Shown in pieces: positions 1 to 8,893 of a stretch of DNA of 64,000 bases. Position 1 is the first letter of the stretch. Each line of letters begins with the position of its first letter. The DNA comes from Sedimentisphaerales bacterium. GTDB taxonomy: Bacteria; Planctomycetota; Phycisphaerae; Sedimentisphaerales; UBA12454. The notes under the pieces were generated by a model that did no database searches, was not told where the DNA came from, and saw only the letters and a list, made by a program, of their open reading frames with translations. A program made the position numbers and the translations under genes. The stretch is from assembly GCA_049518795.1 (NCBI GenBank), contig JBEKRK010000003.1, positions 245,097 through 309,096 of the forward strand, given 5' to 3'.

Positions 1-17
1 TTGTAGTCTGCAGCTCA

Positions 18-455
18 ATGCGTGAAACAAACGAGCTTGGCGGACAAATGATAGTTGATATGTTCGAAAGCGCAGGCTGGGATGTGAGATTTCTCGGCGG
101 CGGTTTAGGCAATGACGATGTCCTTGCTTTCGTGCACGAATTTCGCCCGGATTTTCTCGTAATTTACGGCACTCAGCCCGCCGAGGCCGCGGAAATTCGC
201 AGCATAATCGACCGGATAAGAGAAATTAACGCGCTGCCGCAGATGAAAATAATGCTTTCCGGCGGCGTGTTCGGCAGGGCCGATGGCTTGTGGGAAGAAA
301 TCGGAGCAGACCTTTTTGCCAAAGACGCTATTGAGGCTGTCCGGCTTGCTTGTGATGAAAGCCGGACGGGGTATCAGCCGGTAAGGACGATTAACCAGCG
401 TAAAAGAAAACAGTTGGCAATATCCTCTCAGGATAGTTTGGATAACGATTTATAA
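18..455 (+). CDS. Cobalamin (B12)-binding domain protein, C-terminal part (gene probably begins before the window)
   Basis: ELGGQMIVDMFESAGWDVRFLG...IMLSGG...IGADLFAKDA matches the Rossmann-like B12-binding domain; the frame is open towards the window edge. Confidence 0.7.
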   Translation: MRETNELGGQMIVDMFESAGWDVRFLGGGLGNDDVLAFVHEFRPDFLVIYGTQPAEAAEIRSIIDRIREINALPQMKIMLSGGVFGRADGLWEEIGADLFAKDAIEAVRLACDESRTGYQPVRTINQRKRKQLAISSQDSLDNDL

Positions 456-486
456 CCCCTAACCAAGAGATGAAAAATAAGAGGAG

Positions 487-514
487 AAACCGCTGCAAAA
501 CAGCGGTTTTTTTT
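487..514 (+). terminator. Rho-independent terminator
   Basis: AAACCGCTG-caaaa-CAGCGGTTT followed by a T-run. Confidence 0.85.
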
Positions 515-587
515 GCGCCTGAAATTTAACCGCGGATTCCACGGATTTTCACAGATTTTTTAATCTATCCTTAACAAAACCGGTGCC

Positions 588-887
588 TAAATGTCCTGTA
601 TTGGTCGAAATCGCCTCTGCCTATCCCTGCCTACGCAGGGATAAACTCTGGGGTGAACTCCAGAAAAAACCCGCTGTCGCCAAGGGCTGTGGCGGGCAAG
701 CTTGCGAATTTAAGATGACGGGCTATCCCGTAAAAACCCCAGTAAAAGTGGGGTGTAAATGTCCCATATTGGTCGAAAGCGCGCAAGAAAAAACTTGCGC
801 GCCTGAAAAAAATAATAAAATTTTTCTCCTTTATTGACAGGCACTTACAAAATCGCGTTGGTCGAACTTTGGTCGAAATTCGACCAA
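588..887. repeat. Cluster of TTGGTCGAA motifs (4 direct, 1 inverted), including a 27-bp imperfect direct repeat
   Basis: TTGGTCGAA at 601, 769, 858, 869 and TTCGACCAA at 879; taaatgtcc..tattggtcgaaa.cgc at 588-614 and 756-782. Confidence 0.8.
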
Positions 888-891
888 AACG

Positions 892-935
892 CCCCGATGA
901 GATAAGTCTCGCCTGCGGGCGGACATCTCACGGGG
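892..935. repeat. Palindromic REP/MITE-like element, CCCGATGAGATA...ATCTCACGGG family
   Basis: Related copies at 22281-22313 (opposite orientation) and 59594-59637. Confidence 0.8.
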
Positions 936-996
936 TAAACTCCAGTTTTAAACTAAAATAAATAAAGAAATATTTTAAAGAAAATCTTTTTTTTGT

Positions 997-1025
997 TTGA
1001 CATTTGTTACGCCATTTGATAAAAT
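997..1025 (+). promoter_or_regulatory. Sigma70-type promoter upstream of the HNH/AP2 gene
   Basis: TTGACA-17 nt-TAAAAT with an extended -10 TG. Confidence 0.6.
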
Positions 1026-1246
1026 ATTCATACAGTTAGGTAAAAAGTTAATATTTTAACGTAAGTTCCTATTCCGCACGGGAATAGAACAAAGCAAATC
1101 TGGATATTCCCTGTAGAAATTCAAAGAAGTGCATTCTCGGGAATGACATTTTCCTTTAATTATCCCTTTTTTGAAGAGGAAATACTATGTCCTAAATGAG
1201 TGAAAAGTTAAAAACGAAAAGTGATAAGTGATAAATGAAAATTGAT

Positions 1247-1280
1247 CCCCGCAGTTTCCTTGCAGAAACTAAGCGCGGGG
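1247..1280. repeat. Hairpin element CCCCGCAGTTTC...GAAACTAAGCGCGGGG
   Basis: Reverse complement matches 54718-54751 at 33/34 positions; a third, interrupted copy lies at 23923-23989. Confidence 0.85.
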
Positions 1281-1300
1281 ATATTAAAGCGGAGACAAAA

Positions 1301-1915
1301 ATGTATTTAAAATTTCAAATTAAAATTCCGGCAATTATCGAAAATGTCGTTGTCTATTTTCTGCTGCGATACAGAAAGAAAAAATTCGGCTATCCATTCC
1401 GCAAGATTAAACTTATTGGCGGAAAGTCCGCCGAGGCAAGGCTCGGCGAGACAAACCTTGCTGCGGCAAAGTTTGCAAAAGTTGACCCGGAAGATTATCC
1501 GGAATTATCTAAATATCCATGGCAGCTTGTGGAAAGCGGAATGGGAAAAGGCGTATTATACGCCGGCTGCGTTGATGGATGGAAAATTTTATATATGCAC
1601 AGAGTGATTATGAAAGGGCCAGAAGGCAAAGTTATCGACCACAGGAACCGCAACGGCCTTGATAACACAAAAAGAAATTTGCGAATTGCGACACATTCTC
1701 AAAACAGCTTCAACAGGCCAACAGGCAAAAGCGGCAGTTCCAGATACAGGGGAGTATGTTATCGTAAAAGAGGGAAAAAATGGGAGGCATCTATATTTTA
1801 CAATGGAACGTATAAATATTTAGGAAGATTCGAGAATGAAGAAGATGCGGCAAGGGCTCACGATGAGGCGGCAAAAATATATCATGGAGAGTTTGCAGTT
1901 TTGAATTTTCCCTAA
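1301..1915 (+). CDS. HNH endonuclease with C-terminal AP2 DNA-binding domain
   Basis: MHRVIM..IDHRNRNGLDNTKRNLRIATHSQN (HNH) plus SRYRGVC...WEASI...LGRFENEEDAARAHD (AP2); GGAG RBS before ATG 1301, so the 1235 extension is repeat-derived. Confidence 0.9.
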   Translation: MYLKFQIKIPAIIENVVVYFLLRYRKKKFGYPFRKIKLIGGKSAEARLGETNLAAAKFAKVDPEDYPELSKYPWQLVESGMGKGVLYAGCVDGWKILYMHRVIMKGPEGKVIDHRNRNGLDNTKRNLRIATHSQNSFNRPTGKSGSSRYRGVCYRKRGKKWEASIFYNGTYKYLGRFENEEDAARAHDEAAKIYHGEFAVLNFP

Positions 1916-1936
1916 CCGCCAACATAAAGTTGGCGG
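1916..1936. terminator. Hairpin between convergent genes
   Basis: CCGCCAAC-ataaa-GTTGGCGG directly after the HNH/AP2 stop. Confidence 0.45.
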
Positions 1937-2011
1937 CTTGTGGATAAGATAACTAATAATTGATCAAATTTCGAATGGTTTTAACATTGTTCAAAAATTA
2001 AATTCTAATCA

Positions 2012-5000
2012 TTAGGATTCATGAATAAAGTTGTAAGAGCTTTCAAAATTTCCATCATTTTTCATCCTAAAAACGCCGTTTAATATCAAACGATTAAAAA
2101 ATTTGTCATCCCCTCCTAATTTTCTCTTCTCTCCAAGCATTACCCATATTATGTCGAGCTCATTCTGATCCAAAAATAGTCTTAAATGCTGCTTCTTAAG
2201 CAGAAAAGAAGTTGGCCCTCCATATTCTACGATAGGGTTAACAGCAATTACTATGTCATTATTATCAAACCACTGTCCTTCTTTTCCTTTCCAAGACAAC
2301 TGCATACTTTCTGCAAGCCTTTGTGCCGGCAATGTAATATTTAGGCTATTCATAATTGAGCAGTCTCGCCCTGATTCCCGGTAATAATTATCTGTTGTCA
2401 AAGCTACGTCTACAGGCAAAGAATGCCAACGAGATTCATTCTTAATCCAAACATCCCTGCCATAATACGGGGTATTAAAATATTTAAAAGCTGGTGACCA
2501 ATAAAATTCACCAAAAAACAGCGATGTGGTTCCATTACCTTTTTCAGGCAACCATCTCCCCATAAAATTCTGTGTTTTTGCCCATTCAAATAACTTGTCC
2601 GAATCTTTTTTTCGAACCAAATAGGAATGAAAAAAGAACCATATATTTTTTCTGGCAATTTTGTATTTATCTTCTTCTGGAGGATATGGCTCTTCAAGGT
2701 TAAAATGACAATCCAAATTTAACCACTTTGCTTCATGGGAATCAGTAACTTCTATGATTTTTTCAAAGTTAGGCAAGTCATCTTTACTTCGAATCCAATC
2801 CACATCATTTTCAAATCTTTTCCATGAATTGCAACTATATGTAAACCACCAATATTTCCCATTATCCGGGATCTTTCTTTTGACAAATGAAGGGTCAATA
2901 TCCCTATAATATCTCTGCCAAGGCCCTAAATATTTATCATCTTCTTCAAAACCATCGCCATACTCATAATTATCACTTAGTCTTGCCAAGAATTCATGCA
3001 ATGCTATCCAGCGGTATTTCTGTGATATCATTTCAGGCTTATTTTCACTATGATAATCATAATCATTTAATCTTTGACGCATTTCATCAAACTCATAATG
3101 CAATTTGGGGCTCCAACCTAATTCTAAAATCCTGTTGAAGATATATGCCTCAATGAAATCTTTGCTGAATGGGTCATATTCAGTTGCATTAATATTATGT
3201 AAATAAGACGAAAATTCTTCATACTGCTTCCTTTTATTTTCGTCTAAAGATGCTAAAAATAGTTTTTCTGCATTATTAACCTCTTCTTCGCTTATATCCT
3301 CACCGATTTCTATTTTCTTATCTGGAATCCCAAATCCTTTTATTATTAACCTTAGCTTTTTTGAACTCAAATCCTTATAGCTATTAAATGCTTTTTTTTG
3401 TTCATCCGTTAAAGAATAAATAAACATTTCATATTTTTCTTTTCGTGAAACTTTTTTAGGTTCGCCGCGTCTCCGAGAAGACCATCCTGTATGTTCTATA
3501 TAATGTTTATTAAAATCTGAGTAATCATTTGTTACAATCCAGTATAAACGATGCAGGGCTTTTGACTCCAAGGTTTCATTATCTTTAGCTGGGGCATGAC
3601 AATATTTACTCTCTAATTCATTTTTAGCCGGAAAATCCTCTCGCCATTCACTCTTATAAGGAGGCCTGATTTTCTTAATATTGCATTTAATTGTAAGCTT
3701 ATAATGCAATGCCAATTCAATAATATTTCGGGCATAATCTCTAAGAAGAATATGTACCGGCGGGCAGCCTTTCTTGAAAATAGTATCGTAAACATACTGA
3801 GCCAAATCTTGTAATGATTTTATATCCAACGTACGCATCGCACAACCATAAGCAACAGCGTATAATCTTTCAGAAACATAAGGGTCATTAACTTTTTCGA
3901 AATCCGCTAATAATCTTTTAATTAAATAAATTTTGTTGGTTAGCAGGTTAACCATGGCCTTGGTTGACCAATCCCTTAAATAACGCTGGGAAGTAGTCAA
4001 AAACCAAGCAAGCATCTTTGCAACCAAATAGATTGATTCATCATCAATTCGGCTTTTATCCTCATCTGACAATGCCCAATCAATCAGCCGGTCAATTGCT
4101 CCTTTCTCGCCCACATGATAAAAAATATAGATAGACCAAGAAGCATCTCTTTCAGCTAATGGGTATTTCATTAAATAAGTATGGGTAAAATGTGTGTTAT
4201 ATGGGTGTTCCTTTATTGATGAAACGGTAATTAAAGTTTCAAAGAGTGAATTAAGTCCCTCCTTGCTTTTCAAACAACTGTTAATACACTTTAAAGTAGA
4301 TTCATATATTTTTTCTGGGTCTCGCCAAACTATGCTATCAAAAAATGCTTCTGTAATTGCACTATTTCCCTTCAGATGCGGCACATAATCCATTAGCTCA
4401 TGACCAAATATTTCCGGCACCTGAATAGATAAAGCTTCTATTAATCCTTTATTCAAGTAGCAAGCAGAAGAATCCTTAAAAATAATTTTTAGATTTTCAT
4501 TGGCTTGGAAGGATTTAGCCGGATCTTTAACATCAATAAAATTGGAAACATAATGTTTTGCAGTAAGATGATCAGAAAAACGTTCATAAGATAAACGAAA
4601 AACTTCTTTATACTCATTTTCAATGTAGTACATATCTTTATTGATTACCTGTTCTGATTCTAAATATCCAAGAAGTTTTGAAAATCCCTTTTCAAGAGGC
4701 ACATCCTTCATAATTGCCTGAATCTCTTCAAAAAACAAATAAGGCCTGTTTTTTTTGATAAAAGACTCCACTATTAAGTCTATTGCTTTGTGGATAGGCC
4801 TTGTTCTTTTGTCATAGTCTATATATTCAACTGATGATAATTTTCTATTTACCGAATCAATAAAGAAACTGTATATTCTTGATAGGCCACTATAGCCGCG
4901 TGGAAATTTTCTTATTTCATAATTTTTTAAGCTTTGACAAATTATTTTAAGAAACTGCGGGTTGGAAAATTCAGGGTTCAATAAAGGTATTGAGGGATAT

Positions 5001-6490
5001 TCAATTTTGTAAAACTCAAAAAAGCTTTTTACTGCTTTGTATTCTGCGCCTTCAAAGCCATGATGCTCAATAATAGTTACTTTGTCCGAATTCTTCATGT
5101 TTTCCGGAATTAAGTAATCATAATAAGAACCGCGGACACTGACAACTAAGCCAATCCATGGATATCTATTAATAGCAGTAAACATGCCTGCTAAGTGTTT
5201 AATCCACAATTCTTTCGGCCTGGATTCATTTATAGCATCAATCATAATCAATGCTTTGGAATTTGACGCTTCCCCTACTGTATTCAACATGCCTAAAAAT
5301 TCCTCTTTGCCGTTAGCTTGGACATGGAGTTGCTTAATTATCTGAATCTGAGGTTCGTCATCAGTAAAATTCTCTCCCAATAAAAGAACCGTTGGATATT
5401 CATTTTCCACTCTTTTTCTCGCCACATCGCATAACAAATGAGTCTTACCTGTACCTGCTTTGCCTGTTAATATCATATTCGGATAAACAGATAATGGTAA
5501 AAATTCACTCTCAATATATGGATACAATTCACCCAATTTGTCATAAGCATTTCGCAAATAATAAATCCAGCTATCATATTTATCGGAACGGTAATATGAA
5601 TCATCACCATGCCCGGACTTCTTTTGTTCTTCGTGTTTCCTTTCTCTCATTTCCGATTCACAATTCCAAAGAAGATCTTTAACGATTCGGGCAAGTTGCT
5701 TTACAAGTCCAACATCAAGGAGTGAATTTGCAGAACTTGCAAATTCAAAAAACATCCTAAAAAATTCTTCACTCTTATTTTGTATTCCTCCAATCTTATT
5801 TAAAAACTCAGTCTCGCCATAATGAACATTTAAAACTGCCCTTTTAAATTCACCTAATCTTTTTAATAGCTGATTATGAAAAATGTCAGTCCTTCCTAAT
5901 GCTTCAAAATATTTGGCAATATCTAATTCAATGTTTAATTCTTTAGTATACCTGGGGCCGACATTAGCAATAATATCATCAATATTTTCTTTCATCCTTT
6001 TAAAACTTAAGATGTCTTTGTTAAACCAATATAGCAATTTACCCCGGTGTTGCTCCCTCATTAATCTGTCTGCTATTTCGCTTGTGCCCCAATAATCAAA
6101 TTCAATGTCGCGATTGCTTTTTTGTTTAATTGCATTAGACCATTTTGACTTATAATCATTCCATTTTTTTATGCTTTTATCATTAAGGTCAACGGCACAA
6201 CAAACTATAAATTTTATAAGTTTCGGATGGCTTACCAAGGCATTATCAAGAGATTTTTTTATATTCCCCCATTGAGAAGCAGTGGGCTGAGAAGTAAAGA
6301 ATTTTGCCTGCCACCCAATCTGTCCACCATTTTTTAAGTCCCAATATCCCTCAATGCCTCCATCAGGAGCTTCCTTTTTCATGAATTTTACCCCGTCAGA
6401 AATTGATTCTGCACGTGCTAACTGGCAACAAATTTCCTCAAATGCCAGGTTTTTACTATTCTTCCAAGGCCTTAATTTTGACCAATCCAT
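2012..6490 (-). CDS. Avs-like (antiviral STAND) NTPase with N-terminal PD-(D/E)xK/Mrr-like nuclease domain
   Basis: N-term FEEICCQL..PDGGIE..GWQAKFF; Walker A GKAGTGKT; Walker B IMIDAINE; C-terminal DPYVSERLYAVAYG, HILLRDYAR, KYRWIALHEFLARLSDN and RDIDPS motifs typical of Avs-type proteins; AT-rich. Confidence 0.8.
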   Translation of the reverse strand: MDWSKLRPWKNSKNLAFEEICCQLARAESISDGVKFMKKEAPDGGIEGYWDLKNGGQIGWQAKFFTSQPTASQWGNIKKSLDNALVSHPKLIKFIVCCAVDLNDKSIKKWNDYKSKWSNAIKQKSNRDIEFDYWGTSEIADRLMREQHRGKLLYWFNKDILSFKRMKENIDDIIANVGPRYTKELNIELDIAKYFEALGRTDIFHNQLLKRLGEFKRAVLNVHYGETEFLNKIGGIQNKSEEFFRMFFEFASSANSLLDVGLVKQLARIVKDLLWNCESEMRERKHEEQKKSGHGDDSYYRSDKYDSWIYYLRNAYDKLGELYPYIESEFLPLSVYPNMILTGKAGTGKTHLLCDVARKRVENEYPTVLLLGENFTDDEPQIQIIKQLHVQANGKEEFLGMLNTVGEASNSKALIMIDAINESRPKELWIKHLAGMFTAINRYPWIGLVVSVRGSYYDYLIPENMKNSDKVTIIEHHGFEGAEYKAVKSFFEFYKIEYPSIPLLNPEFSNPQFLKIICQSLKNYEIRKFPRGYSGLSRIYSFFIDSVNRKLSSVEYIDYDKRTRPIHKAIDLIVESFIKKNRPYLFFEEIQAIMKDVPLEKGFSKLLGYLESEQVINKDMYYIENEYKEVFRLSYERFSDHLTAKHYVSNFIDVKDPAKSFQANENLKIIFKDSSACYLNKGLIEALSIQVPEIFGHELMDYVPHLKGNSAITEAFFDSIVWRDPEKIYESTLKCINSCLKSKEGLNSLFETLITVSSIKEHPYNTHFTHTYLMKYPLAERDASWSIYIFYHVGEKGAIDRLIDWALSDEDKSRIDDESIYLVAKMLAWFLTTSQRYLRDWSTKAMVNLLTNKIYLIKRLLADFEKVNDPYVSERLYAVAYGCAMRTLDIKSLQDLAQYVYDTIFKKGCPPVHILLRDYARNIIELALHYKLTIKCNIKKIRPPYKSEWREDFPAKNELESKYCHAPAKDNETLESKALHRLYWIVTNDYSDFNKHYIEHTGWSSRRRGEPKKVSRKEKYEMFIYSLTDEQKKAFNSYKDLSSKKLRLIIKGFGIPDKKIEIGEDISEEEVNNAEKLFLASLDENKRKQYEEFSSYLHNINATEYDPFSKDFIEAYIFNRILELGWSPKLHYEFDEMRQRLNDYDYHSENKPEMISQKYRWIALHEFLARLSDNYEYGDGFEEDDKYLGPWQRYYRDIDPSFVKRKIPDNGKYWWFTYSCNSWKRFENDVDWIRSKDDLPNFEKIIEVTDSHEAKWLNLDCHFNLEEPYPPEEDKYKIARKNIWFFFHSYLVRKKDSDKLFEWAKTQNFMGRWLPEKGNGTTSLFFGEFYWSPAFKYFNTPYYGRDVWIKNESRWHSLPVDVALTTDNYYRESGRDCSIMNSLNITLPAQRLAESMQLSWKGKEGQWFDNNDIVIAVNPIVEYGGPTSFLLKKQHLRLFLDQNELDIIWVMLGEKRKLGGDDKFFNRLILNGVFRMKNDGNFESSYNFIHES

Positions 6491-6632
6491 GCTTAAACTT
6501 TCCTGTATTAAAATATATTTTATCTGTTCTATTCTCTATAGGCTCGGTCTTTTTGTCAATAACACAATTACGGACTGACCCCCTAACCCTCGAGGGTAAA
6601 CTCCAAGTTGGGGGCTTTCGGATAAAATTATA

Positions 6633-6659
6633 AAAAAACCCGACTTTGAAGTCGGGTTT
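6633..6659 (-). terminator. Rho-independent terminator of xylB
   Basis: Minus strand AAACCCGAC-ttcaaa-GTCGGGTTTTTT. Confidence 0.75.
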
Positions 6660-6691
6660 GTTAGATTCCATATCGGTCTATTTAATTTTTC

Positions 6692-8170
6692 TTAAAATGC
6701 TTTTTTAAGGACGCTGAGCCAGTTTTGATAAGCTGTCTTATACAGCGGCACAAGTTTTTTGTCCGGCTCGATTTTTTTCGTGCTCTTTAACCCCTCAAAC
6801 GCCTTTGAGCAATCTTTATAAAAGCCAAGTCCTATCCCAGCGCCTCTTGCCGCGCCTGCAGAGCCATCGGTATTATAAAGCTCGACAACCGATTCGCTGA
6901 CGCAGGAGAAAGCCTGGCCGAACAATGGACTGAGGAACATATTTGCGTTGCCTGCGCGGATTTTTTTGGCCTTGACGCCGACGCTGCCCATTATTTCAAG
7001 GCCGTAGTTAAGGGCAAAAACGATGCCTTCCTGAGCGGCCCTTAGAAGATGGGCTCTGCTGTGGACGTTGAAGCTCATATTATGGATTGAGGCCCCGATA
7101 TTGCGATTTTCGAGGGTTCGTTCTGCGCCGTTGCCATAAGGAAGGATAGCAAGGCCTGCCGAGCCGACGGGCGATTTTGCAGCCAGTGCATCCATTTCCT
7201 TATAATCATTTGTGCCGGTATTGTGTTTGAGCCAGCTATTGAGGATTCCGGTGCCGTTGAGGCAAAGCAAAACGCCGTATCTCGGTTTTTTGCTTGTATG
7301 ATTGACGTGAACAAAGGTATTGACTCTCGATTTCGGGTCGAACTTCGTCTTCTCCGTAATTCCATAAACAACCCCCGATGTTCCGGCGGTGGCGGCGACT
7401 TCGCCGGGGTTGAGAACATTCAAAGATAAAGCATTATTAGGCTGGTCGCCGGCACGATAGGTAACCAATGTGCCGGCTTTCAAGCCAAGCTCCCTGGCGG
7501 CCTGGGCCGTCAATTCGCCCTGAACCGAAAATGTCGGCACAACATCAGCGACAAAGTCCTGCGGAATTTTATAATACTTCATCACTAAATCAGCTAATCC
7601 CTGCTTGGCGAAATCCCACATTATCCCTTCAGAAAGTCCCGAAGGCGTGGTCTTTATCTCGCCAGTCAACTTCATCGCAATGTAATCGCCCGGCAGCATC
7701 ATCTTGTAAATTTTCGAGAAAACCTTCGGCTCATTGTCCTCGACCCATTTGAGCTTGGACGCGGTGAAATTGCCCGGCGAATTCAAGAGGTGCGCCAGAC
7801 ACTTTTTCTCGCCGATAGCCTTCATCGCTTTTTGTCCGATTTCAACAGCCCTGCTGTCACACCAGATAATAGCGTCTCTTAAAACCTCTTTGTTTTTGTC
7901 AACCAAAACAAGGCCGTGCATTTGATATGAAATGCCGATAGCCTGTATATCCGCCGCGTCAATGTGCTTTGAAGCCAATATTTCAGCGACGGCTTTTTTT
8001 GCATTGTCCCACCAGGTTTGAGGCTTTTGCTCAGCCCAGCCGGATTTTTTAGCGATAATTTCAAGCTCTTTTTTTGGACTTGTTGCTGAGGCTAAAACTT
8101 TGCCTGTATTTGCTTCAAGAAGCGAAGCCTTTACCGATGAACTGCCGATATCGAATCCTAATAGATACAT
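6692..8170 (-). CDS. xylB: Xylulokinase (FGGY carbohydrate kinase)
   Basis: LGFDIGSSSVKA, GISYQMHGLV, AIIWCDSR, AGDQPNNA, AGTSGV, PYGNGAER motifs. Confidence 0.88.
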   Translation of the reverse strand: MYLLGFDIGSSSVKASLLEANTGKVLASATSPKKELEIIAKKSGWAEQKPQTWWDNAKKAVAEILASKHIDAADIQAIGISYQMHGLVLVDKNKEVLRDAIIWCDSRAVEIGQKAMKAIGEKKCLAHLLNSPGNFTASKLKWVEDNEPKVFSKIYKMMLPGDYIAMKLTGEIKTTPSGLSEGIMWDFAKQGLADLVMKYYKIPQDFVADVVPTFSVQGELTAQAARELGLKAGTLVTYRAGDQPNNALSLNVLNPGEVAATAGTSGVVYGITEKTKFDPKSRVNTFVHVNHTSKKPRYGVLLCLNGTGILNSWLKHNTGTNDYKEMDALAAKSPVGSAGLAILPYGNGAERTLENRNIGASIHNMSFNVHSRAHLLRAAQEGIVFALNYGLEIMGSVGVKAKKIRAGNANMFLSPLFGQAFSCVSESVVELYNTDGSAGAARGAGIGLGFYKDCSKAFEGLKSTKKIEPDKKLVPLYKTAYQNWLSVLKKAF

Positions 8171-8368
8171 TTTTTCGTTCCTTTAACAATAAAATTTAAT
8201 ATTGAATTATTACACGTTAATCACATTAGAGGGCGTAATAATAATCATTTACAGTCAACTTTGCAACAATAAAAGAGGCTTGCATTGGAACAGGCAACGA
8301 ACATGGCATATCAGCGAGCTATCTTGAAAATCAATTATCAGATTTGGGATAAGAGCTAACGAAGCCAG

Positions 8369-8428
8369 TCCCGTTAGAGACACATCCTAAGGATGTCGGT
8401 CATCGCGGATGACCTGTCTCTAACGGGA
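8369..8428. mobile_element. 60-bp palindromic MITE-like element (CCCGTTAGA family) with 4-bp target duplication CCAG
   Basis: TCCCGTTAGAGACA...TGTCTCTAACGGGA perfect 14-bp inverted repeat flanked by CCAG (8365-8368, 8429-8432). Confidence 0.85.
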
Positions 8429-8680
8429 CCAGTCGTTGAGATTTTTTGCGAGAATTACAACGTCTCGTTTCTGAAGAATATGCTGCACGATAGCGGGTGG
8501 AATTTTAAACTTTGTCAAAGCAGCCTCGACCTGTTTCCATAGCTTTTCTTTTTTTGCAGGGTCCTGTTCGAGATAAATTTTGCCTACAAGCTCCTGCAAT
8601 TTCGACAGGGAGATTTTATCCAAATTCTCATAATAATCCTTTATGACCTTTTTCTGATAACCTGAAAATTCCTTGCCCAT
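8420..8680 (-). CDS. Small hypothetical protein
   Basis: 86-aa helical ORF with an AGGAAG-like RBS; the last codons and the stop lie inside the palindromic element. Confidence 0.75.
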   Translation of the reverse strand: MGKEFSGYQKKVIKDYYENLDKISLSKLQELVGKIYLEQDPAKKEKLWKQVEAALTKFKIPPAIVQHILQKRDVVILAKNLNDWSR

Positions 8681-8893
8681 AAGTCTTCCTTAATATATCG
8701 CATTGTATAGCAAGAACTTACAATATGTCAACCATCGGCTTGAGACTATAAAACCCTTTAAAACCGCATTTTATCGGACTTTAAATTTATTATGGCCATT
8801 ATCAGTATTATTATAAAGGTTTTTTCTGGATTTAGCCGACCTTACAGCTATAATTTCTTTCTTAACAGGATGTTAATTTAAAAAAAAGCAGGT

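Noticed and set aside
583-837. 84-aa ORF with a repeated KCP.LVE motif
   Set aside because: The repeat simply reflects the 27-bp DNA direct repeat; no RBS, and the frame runs through hairpin elements
1235-1300. N-terminal extensions in the ORF track (1235, 21065, 27854, 42635, 44972, 49479, 60265)
   Set aside because: Better RBS, signal-peptide or operon-coupled starts lie downstream; the extensions run through repeats, promoters or the upstream gene
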